IMG/VR virus record: IMGVR_UViG_3300029977_000134
Strand: one strand, 5' to 3'
DNA length: 64,000 nucleotides
Source: an uncultured virus (IMG/VR IMGVR_UViG_3300029977_000134)
Taxonomy: Duplodnaviria; Heunggongvirae; Uroviricota; Caudoviricetes
Below are positions 39,293 to 49,413 of this stretch, piece by piece (position 1 is the stretch's first letter; every line of letters starts with the position of its first letter). A program made the translations under genes and the position numbers. The notes beneath the pieces are model-generated. The model ran no database searches, was not told the origin of the DNA, and saw nothing but the letters and a program-made list of their open reading frames with translations.

Positions 39293-39321
39293 TTGACAAA
39301 CCGCATCTTTAGGCATATAAT
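39293..39321 (+). promoter_or_regulatory. sigma70 promoter
   Basis: TTGACA-17-TATAAT. Confidence 0.9.
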
Positions 39322-39350
39322 CTATATACTAACAAAACAGGAGGTCAAAA

Positions 39351-39785
39351 ATGAGGCAAAGGAGATTAACCAAAGAAGAGTATTCCCTGATAAGGGAATA
39401 CATAGAGGTAAGAGAAAAATACGAGGCACTCAGGCAAGCTATAGAGGGTCTGAAGCTGGAGATGGAAGAGGATACCGAGTTAACCTATAAAGGGTTTGTC
39501 ATTGGTAAGGTTTCAATGGTTAAGTCTCGCAGGATTGATTTTTCAAAGATACCCCCTCAATTAAAGGAGGAACTTAACAGGTTCTATGTTGAGAAGCCCG
39601 AGAAGAGGCTTATAATTACGGGAATTTCAACTCAACCCAAACCCGATAAAGTTTTAAAAACGGGAGGTTTTCTTTTGAAAAAATTTCACTCTTTTGAACG
39701 GGGAGCGTTTGTGGAAACAAAACGGGTAAATTCGGGGTGCTTGCGGGGGCTTCGGTTGGCGAGAGTTTTTGGCGTCAGGTTGTAA
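39351..39785 (+). CDS. Paralog family D protein (C-terminal about 45 aa may be read-through)
   Basis: Similar to 23217 and 43772 up to KRLIITGI; those paralogs stop shortly after this point. Confidence 0.7.
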   Translation: MRQRRLTKEEYSLIREYIEVREKYEALRQAIEGLKLEMEEDTELTYKGFVIGKVSMVKSRRIDFSKIPPQLKEELNRFYVEKPEKRLIITGISTQPKPDKVLKTGGFLLKKFHSFERGAFVETKRVNSGCLRGLRLARVFGVRL

Positions 39786-39866
39786 AATGCGGAGATACCT
39801 TTTTACGGGAATACGGTGAAAAGTTGTTTGACCCTGATAGTGGAATTTGTTGGTATTACTTGTTAT

Positions 39867-39895
39867 TTGACAAATCACCTTTTTGGCTGTATAAT
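39867..39895 (+). promoter_or_regulatory. sigma70 promoter
   Basis: TTGACA-17-TATAAT. Confidence 0.9.
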
Positions 39896-39924
39896 TTTAT
39901 TACTTACAAACAAGGAAACTTAAA

Positions 39925-40734
39925 ATGGCTTTGATGAAAATAGGTGAAATTTCAAATATAAAGTTAATGGATGTTGTCCACTTATACACCTTCTTCAGTG
40001 AAACATTGAGGTGGAAAGAAGATGAGTTTGTAAAACGCACAAAGAACAAATTTGATGGGTGTTTGAATTCGGTTTGTCAAGTCTCGATAAGTTCAAATTT
40101 TATTCTTCTTCCAAAACATTTTTATTTATACCCTCCTCGATGTATTAGAGACCTTATGGAAAAAGGAATAATAGACACCAAGCTTGCGGAGAGGATAGAA
40201 CCTGAACACTTTACAATTTATAATGTTTATGAGTTCAAATCTTCCAAAGACAGTTGCGATCTTATAGGTGAAGCCGAGATTAATATCAAGTTTGAGCGTT
40301 TGTCAGAGGATAAAGGAAAGGTTGGCTTGTCAAGTATGTATACGGGGATTACCATTTATGACTTCGATGAAAACTGTAAGTATAAAGGAATACAGACAGG
40401 GAATATTTATCTTGATTTTCTGCGTTATAGAAGGTTGGCTATTATTCTCCGAGATGACATTGAAACCCTGTCAAAGGTTATGGGTGAGGATTACATGGAA
40501 TACAGATATGATGTGTTCTCGAGTTCAAACGAGGTTCTCCTTGGTGCAGAGGAGATTGAACGCACATTTTTAAACTTCCTCAACCTTGCTTACGCTTTAT
40601 ACACTGGAGGGGTTAATGTGAATGCGCCTGAATATGCACTCTTTGAACCTGTTATTGAGGTTTTCAGGGAAGCTGGAAACACCTTTGAAGATGTGATAGC
40701 AACAATACGGGCGTTTGCAACCATAATGATATAA
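39925..40734 (+). CDS. Paralog superfamily, subfamily A1
   Basis: Paralog of 31147 and 50277. Confidence 0.85.
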   Translation: MALMKIGEISNIKLMDVVHLYTFFSETLRWKEDEFVKRTKNKFDGCLNSVCQVSISSNFILLPKHFYLYPPRCIRDLMEKGIIDTKLAERIEPEHFTIYNVYEFKSSKDSCDLIGEAEINIKFERLSEDKGKVGLSSMYTGITIYDFDENCKYKGIQTGNIYLDFLRYRRLAIILRDDIETLSKVMGEDYMEYRYDVFSSSNEVLLGAEEIERTFLNFLNLAYALYTGGVNVNAPEYALFEPVIEVFREAGNTFEDVIATIRAFATIMI

Positions 40735-40811
40735 CGATGAAACGGGTTTTCGACCTTTACATGATAAAGCAGGTTAGTCTGTCTCATAAAAGCCTTGATA
40801 AACCTAACGAC

Positions 40812-40840
40812 TTGACAACCCGTATGTTTTGCTGTATAAT
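40812..40840 (+). promoter_or_regulatory. sigma70 promoter
   Basis: TTGACA-17-TATAAT. Confidence 0.85.
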
Positions 40841-40946
40841 TTATACACTAACAAAGATGATAAACAAAATGACAATAAAAAAATATAAGGTAGTAAAAAG
40901 GTCAGTCAAGGGTCTCTCTTTGGAGACCCTTGATAATGCTATTCAC

Positions 40947-40975
40947 TTGACAGCACGCCTTTTTGGCTGTATAAT
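40947..40975 (+). promoter_or_regulatory. sigma70 promoter
   Basis: TTGACA-17-TATAAT, tandem with 40812. Confidence 0.9.
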
Positions 40976-41002
40976 TTTAGCAGAACAAAAGGAGGTAAAA
41001 AG

Positions 41003-42022
41003 ATGATAAGGTTCAACCTAAACGAAACAAAAGAGGCCATAAAAAAGCTATACCCCCTCAGAGTCCCCATACTCCTCAATGGGGCTTCGGGGGTAGGCAA
41101 GACCACCATTGTCAGAGAGGTAGCGAAAGAACTCAATATGCCTCTTATTGATATCAGGCTTTCGACGGAAGTTCCAGAAAATGTCGGTGGAATACCCCGA
41201 CCCGACCCATCCAACCCTGATGAGTTCTTCATAAAGATCTTCAATAAGAGCTATGAACCCGCCTTCAAGGGTGGGGCGGTATTGTTCTTCGATGAGCTTA
41301 ACCGTTCCAACCTGTGGATTAGAAATGCGGTTATGAGTGCTTTCTTCGAGAGAACCCTTGGCGGAAGGGAATTGGATTCAAAAACTCTCATAATTGGTGC
41401 AATTAATAGTGGTATTGAGTATAAGGATGCGGAGGTAATGGATAGGGCTTTATTAGCCCGTTTTGCAATAATCAATGTTGCAACCGATATGGAAGAACTC
41501 ATTAGTTTTATGTCAGGTAATTACCCGCTTTTTGCTTCCATTCTTGCTTCAAAATCTCAAGCTGTTGAGAATAGGCTGAGTGCTGAAAATGGTTATACTC
41601 CAATAAAACCAACCCTTACTCCAAGGAATCTCGAGTTTGCCGCAAAGATAGTAGAGACTTACCACGATGACCCATTTATGAGAAAACTTCTTTACGCCGT
41701 TGTAGACCCTGAAGTTGCTGACCTTTTACTTGCCGATATTGACTTTAGAATGATAAGAACGATTTTAGATGGTGGGGAGGTTACAGTTGATATTGAAAGG
41801 TTGCCTGTGACAATGGCGATACTTTCTAATATGACTTTGAATGAAGAGGAACTTATTAATGTTATAAGGTTTGCGAAAAAGGTTTATACCCAGTATGACC
41901 TTGAGGATAGTGTTGTTGGCTTCCTTTCTAACCTCGCCAGCAGAAACAAAGAACTATTTATAAAGAACATTACTCTTATTAATAAAGAGTTTCCTAACCT
42001 TAAGAAACTTGTTACCCTGTAA
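41003..42022 (+). CDS. MoxR-like AAA+ ATPase (copy 2)
   Basis: GASGVGKT, LFFDELNR, ALLARF; paralog of 27952. Confidence 0.9.
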   Translation: MIRFNLNETKEAIKKLYPLRVPILLNGASGVGKTTIVREVAKELNMPLIDIRLSTEVPENVGGIPRPDPSNPDEFFIKIFNKSYEPAFKGGAVLFFDELNRSNLWIRNAVMSAFFERTLGGRELDSKTLIIGAINSGIEYKDAEVMDRALLARFAIINVATDMEELISFMSGNYPLFASILASKSQAVENRLSAENGYTPIKPTLTPRNLEFAAKIVETYHDDPFMRKLLYAVVDPEVADLLLADIDFRMIRTILDGGEVTVDIERLPVTMAILSNMTLNEEELINVIRFAKKVYTQYDLEDSVVGFLSNLASRNKELFIKNITLINKEFPNLKKLVTL

Positions 42023-42038
42023 AATGGAGGGAAGTAAA

Positions 42039-43637
42039 ATGGCGGATATAGAAAAATACTTACTTGAGGAGGAGAGCACTCCCCAGTCTGAAGATATAAG
42101 GGGAAAAGTTTTGCGGTATGTGGGAAAGATGAGAAGAATATCCCTTCTCCTCGGAAAGGTTGACTACTACACTTACTTTTATATCTCCTGTGTTGATGAT
42201 TTTGACCCCAATGTAGATGTAATGGCTATGACTTATAAAGATTTGACTACACTCTATATGCCGAAGATAGTTCACGGACCTAACCTTATACCCTTTATTG
42301 AAAGGGTTCTCGAAGAACGCCCCAATATAGCTGACAAGTTTATAAAGGAAATGGATTTAGAAAAACTCCCTCCTGAAGCCAAAGAAGTCGTAAAAAGGTA
42401 TTATGTCTTTAAGGAAATTGTAAAGCACGAAATCATTCATTATGTGAATATGCATTTGCCAAGAATAATGGAATTCTTCAAGAAAAAAGGTTTTACTACC
42501 GTTCCACCCGATATACTCGAGGCCGCTAATATATACGCTGACAGTATTTGCAACATTTACCTTGACAAAAATATTGTTGAGACAGGTGGACTTATTCCTC
42601 CCCTTCCACATGAAGTTCGACTTGAGGACCTTTTAGAGAAAATAGATACCCGAAACCCTAAAAAACAACTTCCAATCCCAAATCAACAGCAAGAGGGCTC
42701 AGGCCAACAACAAGAACAGGAAACTCCCCAAGGCGGTGGAGGAGGAGGACAGCAAAGAAAAGATAAATCAAAGGGAAGGGGTAAAGGTCAAGGAATGGGT
42801 AAAGAAAAGTCTGAAAGCGATAAAGGTAAAGATGAGTCTGAGGGGGGACAAGGCGGTGAAGGTAAAAAAACCAGAAAATCAAACCCCGCTCAAGAGTATG
42901 GACAATACAAAGACTTATTACCCAGAGAGGTTAGAGAAGTTGAAAAGCATAACCTCGACCATGTTAAGGATGTCCTGAAAAAGGTTTTAGATCATATCAC
43001 TGATAAATACAAGGGGAATCCCAGAGCCATTGGAACTGTTCCAGACGAAATTGAGGAAGCCATTGAGTGGTTGAGTAAGAGAACGGTAAAGCATAAGCTT
43101 GTAGGTGAAGGCGATGTATATGGAATCTTTAAAGACATTCAACAGACCTATATGTATTATAACCCTAAAAATGAAAACCCATACGGGTATATATTCCCTT
43201 CATACAAGCCTTTAACGGGACCTATGGTTGCAGTTATTGTAGATACTTCGGGTTCTATGGACCCTGAAAGACTTTCTTATGCCATTGATATTATAAATAG
43301 TGTTGTAACCAAAGCCGAAGCTTACCTTGTTGAAGTTGACGCTAAAATACAGAGAGTCTCAAAGGTTAACCAAATAAAAAATGAATTTACCTTTAAAGGT
43401 AGGGGTGGAACGGAATTTGACGACCTTGAGAGATTGCCTCAGCTTATCCCTGTAGCGAACATTAAAACCTGTATTATACTTACTGATGGTGGTATATACT
43501 CATTCCCTGCAAAGAATCCTATACCTTGGGCTCAATGGATTGGTATTACTACTGATGTAATACCTGAAAACTCTCCAAGTTGGATTAAGTGGATGAAAGT
43601 TGAAGATGTTATTGAAGACGAAGAAGACAGTAAGTAA
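42039..43637 (+). CDS. HExxH metallopeptidase-like + VWA domain protein (copy 2)
   Basis: KHEIIH..H, Gln/Gly/Lys linker, DTSGS, GRGGT, LTDG. Confidence 0.85.
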   Translation: MADIEKYLLEEESTPQSEDIRGKVLRYVGKMRRISLLLGKVDYYTYFYISCVDDFDPNVDVMAMTYKDLTTLYMPKIVHGPNLIPFIERVLEERPNIADKFIKEMDLEKLPPEAKEVVKRYYVFKEIVKHEIIHYVNMHLPRIMEFFKKKGFTTVPPDILEAANIYADSICNIYLDKNIVETGGLIPPLPHEVRLEDLLEKIDTRNPKKQLPIPNQQQEGSGQQQEQETPQGGGGGGQQRKDKSKGRGKGQGMGKEKSESDKGKDESEGGQGGEGKKTRKSNPAQEYGQYKDLLPREVREVEKHNLDHVKDVLKKVLDHITDKYKGNPRAIGTVPDEIEEAIEWLSKRTVKHKLVGEGDVYGIFKDIQQTYMYYNPKNENPYGYIFPSYKPLTGPMVAVIVDTSGSMDPERLSYAIDIINSVVTKAEAYLVEVDAKIQRVSKVNQIKNEFTFKGRGGTEFDDLERLPQLIPVANIKTCIILTDGGIYSFPAKNPIPWAQWIGITTDVIPENSPSWIKWMKVEDVIEDEEDSK

Positions 43638-43712
43638 GGGGGGATAATGGTAAAAGGGGGTGGGTGTATGATTGCCAGTTTGACCTTTAAAACCCTTAAC
43701 ATTCCTTGCGAC

Positions 43713-43741
43713 TTGACAACCCACCCCCAAAGCTGTATAAT
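43713..43741 (+). promoter_or_regulatory. sigma70 promoter
   Basis: TTGACA-17-TATAAT. Confidence 0.9.
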
Positions 43742-43771
43742 TTTTACACTTGCAAAACAAGGAGGTTGAAG

Positions 43772-44083
43772 ATGGAGAGAAAAATCAAAAAAGTGGCGGT
43801 AGAAAAAGACATAGCGAATGCCCTCGAAAACTATTTAAGGGCAAAATCTGAATATGAAAAATCCCTTAGAGAAGTAGAGAAAATAAAACTCGAATTCACT
43901 GATGAGGAACCTGAAGTTGTTGAAATTTTATACAAAGGTTCAGTAATTGCTAAAATTGAGGTTGTTAAGTCGAAGAGGGTTGAGGTTGGGAAACTCCCAC
44001 CTGAAATCAGAAATATGTATACTACCGAAAAATTAGAGAAACGGCTTATAGTTACAGGTATTCCTACCCCTTCTGATGACTGA
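43772..44083 (+). CDS. Paralog family D protein
   Basis: ATG 43772 after AGGAGG; similar to 23217 and 39351. Confidence 0.8.
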   Translation: MERKIKKVAVEKDIANALENYLRAKSEYEKSLREVEKIKLEFTDEEPEVVEILYKGSVIAKIEVVKSKRVEVGKLPPEIRNMYTTEKLEKRLIVTGIPTPSDD

Positions 44084-44157
44084 ATGGAAATTAGGAGAAA
44101 TTCAGACCCCCCGCTTTGGAGGAGCGGGGGGATTGTATTTAAAAGGAGGGTAACAAA

Positions 44158-44877
44158 ATGGAAAATGAACTCGTAAGAATTGAAGTCTCCTTCCTTCCAC
44201 ATTTATACAGGTTTTTAAGGAGAGTTTTGACCCTTGACCCTTCGTTGGTTCCAGAACCTCAGAAAAACTTCTTTAGATTAACTATTTACCCATCCGCTTT
44301 AGTCCTCTCAATTTACAAATATTCTATCCTTTCTACGAGAAGGGAAAAGGAACTCAGGGCGTTTCTCGGAGCAAACTACAACCATTTTGATATTATAAGT
44401 TGTGGAGCTATGTCAATGTTTAAACCAGTTGAAATCAAAGAAAATGAAAATGTCAGAATAGACCTTGATTATCACCGAAGTCCCAACAACATTTTCAAAA
44501 TTGGAAACATCTACTTTCGCCTTGCACCGATCACAGGTAGCCCTTATTCGGAATACAATACACAGATGGAAGTCTACTTTAATGCAGAATTGCTGGATGA
44601 AGCATTTAAAATGTTGAATAAAGTTGAAGGCAAAAGAACTCAAATTTACTTAAGGAAACTGAAATCCAAAATAGAAGATACTCTTTACTTTTTTGAATCA
44701 AGCCTAACCATAATTGGTAATGTTCTTTATTCATTATATAAAGATAAGTATAGAAGCAATATTCAGGTTCCCGAACTCACCAAATTTGCAGACCTTATCA
44801 AGACCTATGGCAATACCTTTAATGAAGTAATTGAAAATATAGTTGCCCTATCAAGGATTTCCCATTGGTCATATTGA
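44158..44877 (+). CDS. Paralog superfamily, subfamily A (divergent)
   Basis: LYRFL, NVLYSLY, DLIKTYGNTFNEV. Confidence 0.8.
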   Translation: MENELVRIEVSFLPHLYRFLRRVLTLDPSLVPEPQKNFFRLTIYPSALVLSIYKYSILSTRREKELRAFLGANYNHFDIISCGAMSMFKPVEIKENENVRIDLDYHRSPNNIFKIGNIYFRLAPITGSPYSEYNTQMEVYFNAELLDEAFKMLNKVEGKRTQIYLRKLKSKIEDTLYFFESSLTIIGNVLYSLYKDKYRSNIQVPELTKFADLIKTYGNTFNEVIENIVALSRISHWSY

Positions 44878-44918
44878 ATGAAAAATTATCTTCCAAAACC
44901 CTTGATATTACTTGCGAC

Positions 44919-44947
44919 TTGACAACCCGTCTTTTATACTGTATAAT
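44919..44947 (+). promoter_or_regulatory. sigma70 promoter
   Basis: TTGACA-17-TATAAT. Confidence 0.9.
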
Positions 44948-44976
44948 TTTTACACTTGCAAAACAGGGAGGTTAAA

Positions 44977-45882
44977 ATGGGTAGACTAACCAAAAACAAG
45001 ATAAAAGCCCTCGGTGGGGTTGACAAGGCTTTGGTTGGGACCTTGTCAACCTTGTTCCCCGTAGAAAAAATAAAAGTCCATGGGGTTGGGGTAGATGTAT
45101 ATGTAAAGGGGGAAAGTCTTCGCCGTTCCTTTTACGAACACCCAGTATATTTGACGGAAGATGAAAGATACTATCATAAATACGCTGCCTACATAATATT
45201 GAATTCCACTGCCTTTGAAAAGGAAAGTTTGAAAATTGAAACCGAGATTTTTGGTTTTAAAATAGTTGGCAAGTATTCCTTTATGGGTGAAGTTAGTAAG
45301 TTCTATATGCCAGGCGGGCTTATATACTCAATCATTAACAATAGAGTTGAGACCGCAATTCCAAGTGAAATCCTCAACACAATAATAGAAATTGAAACTC
45401 CCGCTGTGGCTATCTTCAATCTTGGTGGCGGGTATCTAAATTCCGACAGAAAATTCTACATAAGGTCTATCACTTATTTGTTCAAAGAGAATGGGAAACA
45501 ACTTACAGTTAAGCCTTTCGACTATGTAGGTTATAACACCCCTGCAAATAAAACCACGGCTTTAAGGTTTTTCGAGTTCTTCTTAAACCTTACACAATTT
45601 TACAATGAAAACGAAAAAGTTACCCCTTACGCTTATGATATTATTGAACCTTATGTTCTCACTGGGTCAATCTCCAGCGGCTCTCGTTCTATTTCAGGCG
45701 ACCCCGCTCATCCCCGTGAGTCAAAGGTTATAGGACCTATAAATGTTGTATGTAATGAGCAAGTGGTTAACAAAGTGAATGAGGTCTACACAAAGGCGAG
45801 AAATTCCTTCCAATTCCTTGGGCAACATCCTATAGAGGCTTTAGAAAATTTCCTTTCCTTTATGCGAATTATAATACACTAA
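44977..45882 (+). CDS. Paralog superfamily, subfamily C
   Basis: ATG 44977 after GGAGG; blocks shared with 26937 and 32048. Confidence 0.85.
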   Translation: MGRLTKNKIKALGGVDKALVGTLSTLFPVEKIKVHGVGVDVYVKGESLRRSFYEHPVYLTEDERYYHKYAAYIILNSTAFEKESLKIETEIFGFKIVGKYSFMGEVSKFYMPGGLIYSIINNRVETAIPSEILNTIIEIETPAVAIFNLGGGYLNSDRKFYIRSITYLFKENGKQLTVKPFDYVGYNTPANKTTALRFFEFFLNLTQFYNENEKVTPYAYDIIEPYVLTGSISSGSRSISGDPAHPRESKVIGPINVVCNEQVVNKVNEVYTKARNSFQFLGQHPIEALENFLSFMRIIIH

Positions 45883-45897
45883 AGATGGAAGTGTGGA

Positions 45898-46560
45898 ATG
45901 AAAAAGTTTGAAGTGGAATTTAACAAGGTTTTGGAGGCTTCAAGGGTTTTATTGGAAATCTTACGGAATGAAGCTTCTAATATGTCAGGGGTTATAATTG
46001 AAAATGTTTACCGTATTGTAGTTCCAGAAACCGCTAAATCCCTGAGGGCGTTTTACATACCTATTTTTGGTTCGGAATTCAAAGGAAAGGATATTATCAC
46101 CGCTGAAGACTTTAACCGCTTTGAAGTTGTAAATATTGACCGTTCCCGTTTTAGTATTTCTCTACACAGCAACAATGAGATTTACATACACCTAACTATG
46201 GGTCAGGAATGGCCTTATACAATAGGTGAGGTTAGTTTTTATACATTAAATGGTTTGTTCTATTTTTATTATAATGAATTCCCTGAAGGGCTTCCATTTA
46301 ACCTTACAAATAGGAAAGATGTAAACTTTTTCTATATGCTTAACCGTATTTCAGATATTACCCGCCTCGCAATTGCTACCGTAAGTTTGATTTATACCCT
46401 CTATAACTTTAAAGGAAGCTTTCAGGTAAAAGGTAAATACCCTGAAGATATGCCATTTGCTTCAAACTATGTTCATTCCATAAAAGAGAAGATAAGAGCC
46501 CTCGGGGATAATTTTGTTGAAGTAATTGAAAAGCTTTGTGGTTTTGGTATCTTTGTGTAA
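45898..46560 (+). CDS. Paralog superfamily, subfamily B
   Basis: EDFN.FEVV, LPFNL, LIYTLYN, LGDNFVEVIEKL. Confidence 0.8.
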   Translation: MKKFEVEFNKVLEASRVLLEILRNEASNMSGVIIENVYRIVVPETAKSLRAFYIPIFGSEFKGKDIITAEDFNRFEVVNIDRSRFSISLHSNNEIYIHLTMGQEWPYTIGEVSFYTLNGLFYFYYNEFPEGLPFNLTNRKDVNFFYMLNRISDITRLAIATVSLIYTLYNFKGSFQVKGKYPEDMPFASNYVHSIKEKIRALGDNFVEVIEKLCGFGIFV

Positions 46561-46592
46561 CCCTATGAAAGCAATTCGAAAAATTGGTTCAC

Positions 46593-46621
46593 TTGACAAT
46601 TCGAGTTCTTCCCAATATAAT
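46593..46621 (+). promoter_or_regulatory. sigma70 promoter
   Basis: TTGACA-17-TATAAT. Confidence 0.9.
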
Positions 46622-46650
46622 TTTATAAAACACAAAACAGGAGGTTTAAA

Positions 46651-47301
46651 ATGGAAAGGTTTAAAATGGAATCTGAAAATATTATGAGGGCAATAAGGAG
46701 TTTATTTAGGATTTTGGGGCCTAACAATAATCAACCTTTCTCTTTTAGCGTTGAAGGTTTTAACCATGTTGTAATTCCACAGGCTGCTTATAAGACATTA
46801 GAACTATTTAGACCCGATAAAATGTATAACGCCATTGTTACAGAAGAAGATTTCTACAATTTTGAGGTTGTTGAAACTGAAAAAGCTGAATTTAGTATTT
46901 CCATAAACGATAGACCAGGTTTGATTTCGATTGAACTACTTTCTGAATACAGGGGGCTTCGCCGTATTATTGGAGAATTCAGCTCGTCTTATCTTGGTTC
47001 GATGTTCAAGCAATATAATTCAGTTATAAACCATACTCCGCTTGACTTTAGCGAAAGAGGAGATAAAAAGGAACCCGTTGTCAGATATTATTGCCTTTTT
47101 ATCACTATGTATATGGTTACAGGTTTAACCCTTATCTACAACTTTCTAAATTATGGCGACAAATTAAAAGTAAATGGAGAAAGGAATGAAGAGAAGGCTT
47201 TGGAATACTTCCATTCCGTTGTAGAAAAGATGAAGAGAATTGGGGATAGTTTCATTGAAGCGGTTGAGAATTTATCTGTTTTAGATATACTTTGGATGTA
47301 A
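46651..47301 (+). CDS. Paralog superfamily, subfamily B
   Basis: IGDSFIEAVENL C-terminus. Confidence 0.8.
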   Translation: MERFKMESENIMRAIRSLFRILGPNNNQPFSFSVEGFNHVVIPQAAYKTLELFRPDKMYNAIVTEEDFYNFEVVETEKAEFSISINDRPGLISIELLSEYRGLRRIIGEFSSSYLGSMFKQYNSVINHTPLDFSERGDKKEPVVRYYCLFITMYMVTGLTLIYNFLNYGDKLKVNGERNEEKALEYFHSVVEKMKRIGDSFIEAVENLSVLDILWM

Positions 47302-47302
47302 A

Positions 47303-47956
47303 ATGAAGTGTTTTGTATTTGAAACTTCAAGGGCTTTAAATGCCTCAAAAATCCTGCTTGACTTAATGATAAACGATAAGATGGTTCCATTTGTTAGACT
47401 TGATAACCTTTCACACATAATACTTCCAAGGGTTGCAAGGCTTCTTCCTTATTTTAGAGATAATATATTCGGTGGGGTTAAACCTTCAAGAAGGGTAAAT
47501 CTCCTTTTCAAAGACTTTAATATTCTCGATATTGTTAAAGTGGATAAGGCTCATATTGATTTCCACTCAAAACCGAATAATAATTTGATTGTGGAATTAT
47601 ATATAGACCAAGACAATTCTTCAGTTCTGGCTGGAGCCTTAGGCTTTTACCCTATGTATATGCTACTTAAAGATTACAATTACTTAACGGAAATGTTGCC
47701 TTATGATTTGAGAGAAGGAGGCGGTGTCACATTCAATGTCGTCTCGAGTTCTCAGAAAATTGTTGCTAATTCGATCGTTACTTTTACCTTATTTTATACC
47801 TTGTTCAATTTTGACAGGAAGATTACAATTGATGGTGATAGGTATCAAAAAGAAGCTATTGACTATATTAACCATTTGATGGGGAGGTTTAAGGAGTTTG
47901 GCGATAATTTTTATGAAGCAATTGAAAATTTAAAAGCCTTTGCTACCATATTATAG
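47303..47956 (+). CDS. Paralog superfamily, subfamily B
   Basis: FGDNFYEAIENL; close to 47966 and 30419. Confidence 0.8.
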   Translation: MKCFVFETSRALNASKILLDLMINDKMVPFVRLDNLSHIILPRVARLLPYFRDNIFGGVKPSRRVNLLFKDFNILDIVKVDKAHIDFHSKPNNNLIVELYIDQDNSSVLAGALGFYPMYMLLKDYNYLTEMLPYDLREGGGVTFNVVSSSQKIVANSIVTFTLFYTLFNFDRKITIDGDRYQKEAIDYINHLMGRFKEFGDNFYEAIENLKAFATIL

Positions 47957-47965
47957 GGAGGTAAA

Positions 47966-48640
47966 ATGAAATGCTTTACATTTGAATTTCCTAAGGCTAT
48001 AAAGATTTCAAAAGTTTTGCTTACTTTAGCCTCAAATGAGAAAATGGTTCCACTTGCTGGTCTCTACGATATTCCATATATAATAATTCCAAGGGCAGCG
48101 AATTTCATACCTTTTTACAAAGAAGACATATTAAGAAATACCACATATTCAGAGAGAAAAAGTGTCCTGTATAAGGATTACAACATTTACAACTTCTTTA
48201 AAGTCAGGGGTGCTTATATTACCATTTCGATGGAAACGGAAGATAAGGTAAAAATAGAATTGTTTGCCAATGTTGGTAGGACTTATTATTTGATTGGAAC
48301 TCTTGGTTTTGAGCCTATGAGCAAGTTGATTGAAAGTAGTAATAATCTGCTTGAGATGTTACCTTACAATCTGAGAAAGACGACTGGGAATTTTCTTGTT
48401 GACAGTGAAAACAAGCTTAGATTTGTATCATCTTCCTACAGAATCGTTAGCGCCCTTATTGTTACTTTTACCACCATCTACGCTTTGCTTAATCTGGGTA
48501 ACAAAGTTAATGTTGGTGGAGGTATGTATGGTGGAGATGCTATTGAGTATATTAATTATCTGGCTGGGAAGATTAAGGAACTTGGTAATGACTTCTACGA
48601 GGTAGTAGAAAACTTGAAATCCCTGTCCACCATATTATAA
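47966..48640 (+). CDS. Paralog superfamily, subfamily B
   Basis: LGNDFYEVVENL; tandem paralog of 47303. Confidence 0.8.
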   Translation: MKCFTFEFPKAIKISKVLLTLASNEKMVPLAGLYDIPYIIIPRAANFIPFYKEDILRNTTYSERKSVLYKDYNIYNFFKVRGAYITISMETEDKVKIELFANVGRTYYLIGTLGFEPMSKLIESSNNLLEMLPYNLRKTTGNFLVDSENKLRFVSSSYRIVSALIVTFTTIYALLNLGNKVNVGGGMYGGDAIEYINYLAGKIKELGNDFYEVVENLKSLSTIL

Positions 48641-48653
48641 AGAGGTGTAGAAT

Positions 48654-49400
48654 ATGGAGATATTAACAATTAACCCTTATAACATCACTCTCCTATATAC
48701 ATTCTTGAGGAACTTACTTGTTATGAATGAAAAGGACTATGATAACTTCACGGATTTAAAGCTCAAGAATTCAAGGTATAACACCAATAGTATTGAGGTA
48801 ACTCCACATAACTTTTTAATACCTGTGCGGGCATATTCAACCTACACTTTTGAGTTTTTGGTAGAGAATTTAGGTGTAAGTGTTGAAAAACAGGAATGCG
48901 TTGGAGTTGAAAGTCTTTCACAGTTTACGGTTTACAACCTATCGAGTAGTGGTAAGGATATAGAAGCTAAAATTAATTTTAGACTTTCACCATCCCACTC
49001 GGAGCCTTGGAGAAATGTAGCAAAGCTTGAAGGAATAGATATTATTCTTGAGACATTGAAAGATAATACCATTAAGCGACAAGAATTTAGTAGAACCTTT
49101 GACAGGTATGACGATTCAGAGATAGCCAGAATGGATTCTAAACTTAGAATGTTTAGTTTAGCTAAAGGTAAGAAGTTTTCAAACATAAGTAAAAGGAATA
49201 ACAGAGTTGCATTCGGTATTTTAGATTTTGAGGAAGACTGGTTTATAATCACCAATGCACTTTATACCCTTTATTCGGGATTTAAGGGCTATGATATTGA
49301 TAGCAAAGCTTTAGAACCATTTGCGGATTTTGTCAGGGGTCTTGGGAATACCTTTGAAGAAGCTTTAGAAAAAGTAGTAGCAATTTTAATGCCATTATAG
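48654..49400 (+). CDS. Paralog superfamily, subfamily A
   Basis: FLIPV..YS, AKGK.FS, NALYTLY, LGNTFEEAL. Confidence 0.8.
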   Translation: MEILTINPYNITLLYTFLRNLLVMNEKDYDNFTDLKLKNSRYNTNSIEVTPHNFLIPVRAYSTYTFEFLVENLGVSVEKQECVGVESLSQFTVYNLSSSGKDIEAKINFRLSPSHSEPWRNVAKLEGIDIILETLKDNTIKRQEFSRTFDRYDDSEIARMDSKLRMFSLAKGKKFSNISKRNNRVAFGILDFEEDWFIITNALYTLYSGFKGYDIDSKALEPFADFVRGLGNTFEEALEKVVAILMPL

Positions 49401-49413
49401 TAAGGGGGGTAAA

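Noticed and set aside
39655..39840. G-rich stretch as a tRNA or structured ncRNA
   Set aside because: No cloverleaf or convincing stems found by eye; may be a decayed intergenic region read through by ORF 39351
40737..41006. 89-aa ORF (likewise 39170-39490 and 39737-39934)
   Set aside because: Read-through of promoter or intergenic DNA; the recurring LT..IIY peptides simply translate TTGACA..TATAAT
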